From assembly GCA_964557895.1 (NCBI GenBank), contig CAZLBG010000001.1, positions 44,858-108,857 on the forward strand: a DNA stretch of 64,000 bases, in the 5' to 3' direction. Of the stretch, positions 56,644 through 64,000 are shown piece by piece. The stretch comes from an uncultured Anaerolinea sp. (GTDB lineage Bacteria > Chloroflexota > Anaerolineae > Anaerolineales > Anaerolineaceae). Position 1 is the stretch's first letter; every line of letters starts with the position of its first letter. A model generated the notes under the pieces. It did not search any database. It saw only the letters and a program-made list of their open reading frames with translations, and was not told the origin of the DNA. Made by a program: the position numbers and the translations under genes.

Positions 56644-57981
56644 CTACAATTCAACAAAGTAGGACGAGGCAGCCCGATCGATCAGATCCTTGGACATGGA
56701 AGGTTCAACGCTTAAATACCTGGCAATATCCAGGATCTGGTCACAAATATCCCTCGGATGTGATGCACGCAGTTTCCGTTCGGGTTTGATATACCATTCC
56801 TGCAAAAGGTATGCCAATCCTTCATCATTAAACATGACGCCTTTCCCCGCTGCTACCTTTTTGAATATTTCCCGGTATTCATCAAAGCTGGGGTCGGTTA
56901 TCTCGATTTTGTGTCTTAACCGTCGTAAAAATGCCTCATCTACTAGATCCCGCGGCGGCAGGTTGGTAGAAAACATCACCAGAACATCAAAAGGCACTTC
57001 AATTTTTCTGCCTGTATGCAACGACAGGTAATCGATGCGGTTTTCGAGTGGAACGATCCAACGGTTAAGCAAGTCGCGGGGTCTAACCTGCTGCCGACCA
57101 AAATCATCGATGAGAAGGATCCCGCCATTCGCTTTTACCTGGAAAGGTGCTTCATAAAACTTCAGGGTATCATCGAATACCAGGTCCAAACCAGCCAATG
57201 TTAATTCGCCGCCCACCATGATGAAAGGTCGCCTGATCCGCACCCACCTTCCATCCTTGCGCATACCTCCCCGACCACTTTGAGTGGTGCTGTCTTCTTC
57301 GGGCGCAAGCTGATGGTTCACTGAGTCAAACAATGTAATAACCTGCCCATCCACGAATATGGCAAATGGAATGTACATAGTTTGTGAAAGGATTAGATTC
57401 CCGATCGCCCTCGCAACGCTTGTCTTGCCGTTTCCCGGAGGACCATATATAAAGATGGAAGTCCCTGAGTTTACCGCAGGTCCTAAACGGTGGAAAGTAT
57501 TCTCGCCAAAGGTTAATTCGCCGATCACCTGTCGCATATGGCGATTGGTAACCTGGATCCGTCCACGGCTTTGCCTGCGGACTGAATCATTATAAATTTC
57601 AAGGGGCACCGGTGCCGGTCCGGCGTATTGACTGCGCTCCAGCGCTTCACGAGCTTTTATGATCCCATTACCCGTAATTGCATATAAGTAAGCACCCTCA
57701 CCCAATCCCATCTGGGAGGATCGCACCTCGATCATTTTTTCGCGTTTCAAAGCCTCAATAATTTGATCAACAGTGCCCGCAAATGGCAACGCCATCGCTT
57801 CAGCAATTTTGTAACCTGTCAAATAACCTTGGAAATAGAGAATCTTCAATGCCAGATCTTGCAGCCAGAGTGCTGCCAACCCGGTATCTTCTATTTTGTT
57901 GATAGGAGGAGGTAGGAACTGTCCAACTGCTGATGGGGGTTTCTGTGCTGTGGTTGAAGCAGGTATAGGTTGACCGGTCAT
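56644..57981 (-). CDS. Classic-clade AAA+ ATPase with a ~170-aa N-terminal winged-helix-like domain
   Basis: Walker A GPPGNGKT, Walker B LLIDDFG, and STNLPPRDLVDEAFLRRL (sensor/Arg-finger region). Confidence 0.8.
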   Translation of the reverse strand: MTGQPIPASTTAQKPPSAVGQFLPPPINKIEDTGLAALWLQDLALKILYFQGYLTGYKIAEAMALPFAGTVDQIIEALKREKMIEVRSSQMGLGEGAYLYAITGNGIIKAREALERSQYAGPAPVPLEIYNDSVRRQSRGRIQVTNRHMRQVIGELTFGENTFHRLGPAVNSGTSIFIYGPPGNGKTSVARAIGNLILSQTMYIPFAIFVDGQVITLFDSVNHQLAPEEDSTTQSGRGGMRKDGRWVRIRRPFIMVGGELTLAGLDLVFDDTLKFYEAPFQVKANGGILLIDDFGRQQVRPRDLLNRWIVPLENRIDYLSLHTGRKIEVPFDVLVMFSTNLPPRDLVDEAFLRRLRHKIEITDPSFDEYREIFKKVAAGKGVMFNDEGLAYLLQEWYIKPERKLRASHPRDICDQILDIARYLSVEPSMSKDLIDRAASSYFVEL

Positions 57982-58050
57982 GATAATTCCCTCCGGAACA
58001 ATAAATTGAGTTAAATAAGTAATAATGATTATAGCATGCAGGGAACTGCG

Positions 58051-58965
58051 CTATCCGGTTTTTTCCGCCCTACCAGTTTTGTTAATTTTCAATTGCACAA
58101 TGACTGCCCCCAAAGTAACCATCGCTAACCCGATCAATCCGTTTACCGATTGCTTTTCGCCTAAAAAGACCCAGGCCAGGATAGCAATTTGCACAAGCAT
58201 GGTGTTGTTGATGATGACGGACTCTGTGGCAGTAAGCGTTTGTTGAGTGTAGTTCCAAAGGGTAAAACTCAGCGCAGTATTAACAGATGCCAGCAGAACG
58301 ATAATGCCAATGCTTTTCAAACTTAAGGGTGGTAATCCCTGCCATAAAATGCCGATACCCAGCATTAACACTGCCCCGATTCCCATACTCACGGTAGTAG
58401 TGATCACCGGGTTGTTCTTTCCACTCTTATTTACATCTCTTCCTAGCACCGTCCCGACAACATTCCCTGTCAGGCTCAAACCTGAGAAGACCCACCCCCA
58501 AACACTGCCCTCAAATCCCATAAAAGGAGAAAAATAGAAAAGGATTCCTCCAAGGTTCAGGAACACTCCCAGCCATTGCAGCCAGGAAGGATGTTCTTTT
58601 ATTGCAGCATAGGCTAAGAATGCGACAAAAAGTGAACTAAAATTGAGAATCAATCCCACAGTTACTGACGGCAGGTGCGACAAGCCCAGGAACTGCCCGC
58701 CCTGCCCCACAGCGTAAAGAATTACTCCCAGTATGATTAATTTGATCCAGGATCGTCTGGATAAGGTCCGCATTTCCATGCGCACATTTTTCCGAAGAAG
58801 AAACGGAAGTAGTATCAGTGTGGCCATGGAATATCGTAGACCAGCGAAAGTTAACCCTGGAATATCCTCGAGTCCAATTTTTATGAATATCCAGGATGTA
58901 GCCCATATGGTCGTGACAAGCAGAGCAATGAGGATGGCTTTTATGCGTGACGGTGGCGTTTTCAT
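58051..58965 (-). CDS. EamA/DMT-superfamily transporter
   Basis: 304 aa, 10 TM helices in two repeats. Confidence 0.8.
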   Translation of the reverse strand: MKTPPSRIKAILIALLVTTIWATSWIFIKIGLEDIPGLTFAGLRYSMATLILLPFLLRKNVRMEMRTLSRRSWIKLIILGVILYAVGQGGQFLGLSHLPSVTVGLILNFSSLFVAFLAYAAIKEHPSWLQWLGVFLNLGGILFYFSPFMGFEGSVWGWVFSGLSLTGNVVGTVLGRDVNKSGKNNPVITTTVSMGIGAVLMLGIGILWQGLPPLSLKSIGIIVLLASVNTALSFTLWNYTQQTLTATESVIINNTMLVQIAILAWVFLGEKQSVNGLIGLAMVTLGAVIVQLKINKTGRAEKTG

Positions 58966-58967
58966 CT

Positions 58968-60668
58968 TTATGATTCAGCAGGTTTCATATCCCTTACCTG
59001 TATTTGCTGCGTCTCCCTGCCATTATATGAATTGATTTCAATACTAAATGCAATATCAAACCTTTTTCTATTGAGAACCCATTCGTTATACCATTGCGCC
59101 TGGTTGAAAGCGATTGCCTGGTAGACCGGGCAATGTGGGATAGTAAAACGCAAATGCGTTCTGTCCTTCCCGATTAACTGAACATCAGCTAGCTCCACAT
59201 TCCTGAGTGCCAGCACTGGTGCAGGATTTCCCATCCCGGTGGGTTGAAGTTTTTCCAGCTCGGGGTAGATCCGCTGGGTGACTTCATCAATTGCCAGTTC
59301 TACATCAATTTTCATCGTTGGACGCAATTCAAGTCCATCCAGTTCCCGCGCAACGATTTGATTTAATCGTTCAATCAACTGGTCTTGATAATCCTTGTGA
59401 ACGGTAAAACCTGCAGCCATGGAATGACCCCCATGTCGCAACAGGAGGTCTGCACATTCATCAAGAGCTCGCGTGATGTGGAATTCTGGGATACTCCGGC
59501 AGGATGCTTTGATAAAGTCATCCTCAATTGAACCTACAATCGCGGGACGATAGTAACGTTCCGATAATTTTGAGGCCACAAGACCGACGATCCCCGAGCT
59601 ATAGTCGGGATTAAAGGAAGCAATTAAGTTAGTCGTAATTCCATCACCCAATTCTTCTTCTGCTTTCTGCTGCGCTGCTCTTGTGGCATACTGCCTTTGT
59701 GAATTCTGGTTGTCCAGTTCCTGTGCAATCAAACCGGCATTTTCCAGTTTATCGGTCATTAATAGATCAAATGCTTTTAGGGCTGATTCCATTCGGCCTG
59801 CAGCATTCAAGCGTGGTCCTAAAGCAAAACCGATATCCCCTGCGGTGATCCGCGAGAGATCCTTTCCAGCCACCCCGCATAGCGCTCGGATCCCTACCCT
59901 GTGACCATACCGGATTTGTTTTATCCCTTCATGTACCAATGCCCGGTTTTCTCCCGCCAGCGGAACCAGGTCCGAAACGGTTCCCAGGGCAACCAGGTCA
60001 AGCCAGTCATCAGCCGTCCAGTCACCGACCTTCCTGGAATTAAACAAAGCCTGTGCAATTTTATAAGCGATACCAACGCCCGCAAATTCCTTGAATGGAT
60101 AGTTGTCCCCGGTTTGTTTAGGGCAAATAATGGCATACGCCGTAGGCAGCACATCCTGCGGGAAGTGATGGTCACTGACGATCAAATCAATTCCCAGTTC
60201 CCTGGCATACTCAGCCTCTCTCGGAGAGCGGATGCCGCAATCAACCGTAATTATTACCTTGACTCCAGCTTGGGCCAGACGCTCAATCGATTGGGTGTTC
60301 AATCCATAGCCGTCATCAAAACGATTGGGAATGTGAGGTGTAACATTCCCTCCCAATCTCTCTAATACTTGCACTAGCAAAGCAGTTGCAGTTACCCCGT
60401 CTACGTCATAATCGCCGTATACCGCTATTGGTTCTTTCTGGTCGATCGCCTCGAGAACCCGGGTAACCGTCACTTCCATTCCCGTTAAGAGGAATGGATC
60501 ATGATCTGGATTCTTTGCACTAAGGTAGATTTCAGCCTCTTCAGGAGTCGTAATTCCGCGGTTGTATAATACCTGTCTCAAGAACCGGGGATAACTTTCT
60601 AGTTTATTGTTGATTTCCTTCGGAATAACCGGATAAGTCCACCAGTTCTTTGTGGTCATCGATGTCAT
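58968..60668 (-). CDS. recJ: Single-stranded-DNA-specific exonuclease RecJ
   Basis: DHH motifs: YGDYDVDGVTA, TVDCGI and VSDHH. Start is uncertain (ATG at 60668 or 60659, GTG at 60680). Confidence 0.9.
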   Translation of the reverse strand: MTSMTTKNWWTYPVIPKEINNKLESYPRFLRQVLYNRGITTPEEAEIYLSAKNPDHDPFLLTGMEVTVTRVLEAIDQKEPIAVYGDYDVDGVTATALLVQVLERLGGNVTPHIPNRFDDGYGLNTQSIERLAQAGVKVIITVDCGIRSPREAEYARELGIDLIVSDHHFPQDVLPTAYAIICPKQTGDNYPFKEFAGVGIAYKIAQALFNSRKVGDWTADDWLDLVALGTVSDLVPLAGENRALVHEGIKQIRYGHRVGIRALCGVAGKDLSRITAGDIGFALGPRLNAAGRMESALKAFDLLMTDKLENAGLIAQELDNQNSQRQYATRAAQQKAEEELGDGITTNLIASFNPDYSSGIVGLVASKLSERYYRPAIVGSIEDDFIKASCRSIPEFHITRALDECADLLLRHGGHSMAAGFTVHKDYQDQLIERLNQIVARELDGLELRPTMKIDVELAIDEVTQRIYPELEKLQPTGMGNPAPVLALRNVELADVQLIGKDRTHLRFTIPHCPVYQAIAFNQAQWYNEWVLNRKRFDIAFSIEINSYNGRETQQIQVRDMKPAES

Positions 60669-60683
60669 AATAAGATCCACTCT

Positions 60684-61799
60684 CTAATCAAAATGATAAT
60701 ACCTCGGCACCCGTGCAGCCAGGCCGCACACTACGTCATAATTATTCGATCCCCATAACTTGCCTATTTCTTCCGCTCTAAGTTGTTCATCACCCTGCTT
60801 CCCCACAAAGACGATCTCATCTCCAACCTTTGCATCAGGGATTTCATCCAGTTGCCACAGCGATTGGTCCATGCACATTCCGCCCACTTGATTGATCCGC
60901 TGCCCGTGTAACAGGGCAACATTGCCCAATCGCCGGCGTAATCCGTCAGCATACCCCACAGAAGCGACCCCGATCCGCTCTTTCTTTTTGGTGAAGTATC
61001 TGTAGTTATACCCAATCCCCTCACCTGCAGTGATCTCCTTGATCGACGTGATTCTCCCTTTCCAGCTGAGTGCCGCCTCAAAGCCTTCAGGTAGTGGTGC
61101 CCCGAAATCCGGGTTGAGTCCATAGATCGCGATTCCCGGTCGAACAGCGTCAAAACGGGATTCAGGGAAATAAATGGACGCGGCTGAGTTGGCAGCGTGA
61201 ACAACTTCAGGTCTGATTCCAAGCGACCTTAATTGGTCCACACTTTGTGAAAAGGCTGCAATGTGACCATTGGTTGAAGGCTCGTTCAGGTCATCGGCAT
61301 TGGGGAAATGAGTGAATACTCCCTCGACCGCAAGTTGAGAAAATGCCTTGATTCCCCTTGTAAAAGGTTCAACCTCGTCTGGGAGTAGTCCAAGCCTGTG
61401 CATGCCGCTATCGATCTTCACGTGTATTGGCAATGGCTGTTCACAACCCTTACCCGCCAGGTTGAATTCCTCAGCCAGTTGCAGGGAATTTACCATCAGG
61501 CTGATATTTTTTGCAATGGCTTCCGGCACAAGGTTTGGCATCACATACCCCATCACGAGGATGGGAATCTGCAGTCCTGCCTCCCTGATAGCCAGGGCTT
61601 CTTCGATTCGTGCCACACACAGCCGGAGGACACCAGCGTCAATGGCTGCTCTCGATATCTCCACCAGCCCGTGTCCGTAGGCATTAGCTTTTACTACCGG
61701 CATGACTGGTTTACAGGTGATCGCTCGCATCCGATGAATATTCCGCGTGATTGCTGCCAGGTTCACTTCTATCCAGGTTGTATTCTTCTCTTGGGACAT
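60684..61799 (-). CDS. alr: Alanine racemase
   Basis: VVKANAYGHG PLP-lysine motif. ATG at 61799 gives MSQEKNTTWIEVNL. Confidence 0.92.
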   Translation of the reverse strand: MSQEKNTTWIEVNLAAITRNIHRMRAITCKPVMPVVKANAYGHGLVEISRAAIDAGVLRLCVARIEEALAIREAGLQIPILVMGYVMPNLVPEAIAKNISLMVNSLQLAEEFNLAGKGCEQPLPIHVKIDSGMHRLGLLPDEVEPFTRGIKAFSQLAVEGVFTHFPNADDLNEPSTNGHIAAFSQSVDQLRSLGIRPEVVHAANSAASIYFPESRFDAVRPGIAIYGLNPDFGAPLPEGFEAALSWKGRITSIKEITAGEGIGYNYRYFTKKKERIGVASVGYADGLRRRLGNVALLHGQRINQVGGMCMDQSLWQLDEIPDAKVGDEIVFVGKQGDEQLRAEEIGKLWGSNNYDVVCGLAARVPRYYHFD

Positions 61800-61887
61800 G
61801 CGAACTAGTATAAACCACCCGCTACCCTTCATCAAGGAATTTCACCTTGGTTTAGGGCAGGTAGTGTAAAATTCTATCGAGACTAAC

Positions 61888-64000
<2,113 letters not shown>

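Overview
This 64-kb bacterial chromosomal window is gene-dense and mostly housekeeping. Gene content and the 'cattgcgaggagcg...ggcaatctcc' repeat type suggest a Chloroflexota/Anaerolineae-like organism, but that is inference only.

Layout:
- 1-15.6 kb (+): a translationally coupled dcw cell-wall/division cluster, ftsI-murF-mraY-murD-ftsW-murG-(cvpA-like)-murC-(63-aa ORF)-murB-ddl-ftsQ-ftsA-ftsZ. There is no murE between ftsI and murF.
- 15.6-16.25 kb: an unusually long non-coding region. It ends in a sigma70-type promoter and tandem NrdR-box-like palindromes.
- 16.25-19.3 kb: nrdR-nrdJ (class II ribonucleotide reductase).
- 19.3-22.26 kb: the only clearly accessory stretch. GC-rich dispersed repeats flank a cytoplasmic zinc phospholipase-C/P1-nuclease-superfamily gene. 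Next to it lies a ~33% GC islet whose single long reading frame encodes a HEPN (Rx4H) protein interrupted only by in-frame TAG codons. A cluster of TTTC(C)GTG short repeats follows.
- 22.26-26.8 kb (-): a polyphosphate operon, CHAD-sixA-ppk1-ppk2.
- 27-64 kb: glsB, degV, a DEAD-box helicase, lysA and a deoxynucleoside kinase. Then an ECF sigma/anti-sigma envelope module, an anion permease, nadD-obg, a COG2403 P-loop protein, argS, rpsT and a yvcK-like-gap-pgk unit. Then an aminotransferase and a signalling cluster (GAF-PAS kinase, CpXC protein, FHA-wHTH regulator divergent from a Ser/Thr kinase). The long minus-strand run is alr-recJ-EamA-AAA+-GDPD-PLP dehydratase-GH3. The window ends with a DASS transporter and the 5' end of tgt.

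No rRNA, tRNA, CRISPR array, transposase or integrase was recognised.

Most notable observations:
- The TAG-interrupted HEPN islet and its repeat-flanked context.
- A step change in base composition and codon usage from about 58-60% to about 45% GC. It falls inside lysA and leaves the two housekeeping blocks with different codon regimes.
- The sixA-ppk1 linkage.
- An FHA-wHTH/STK pair.
- A candidate sRNA in the ftsZ-nrdR spacer.

All functional calls come from reading motifs in the supplied translations. No database search was run.
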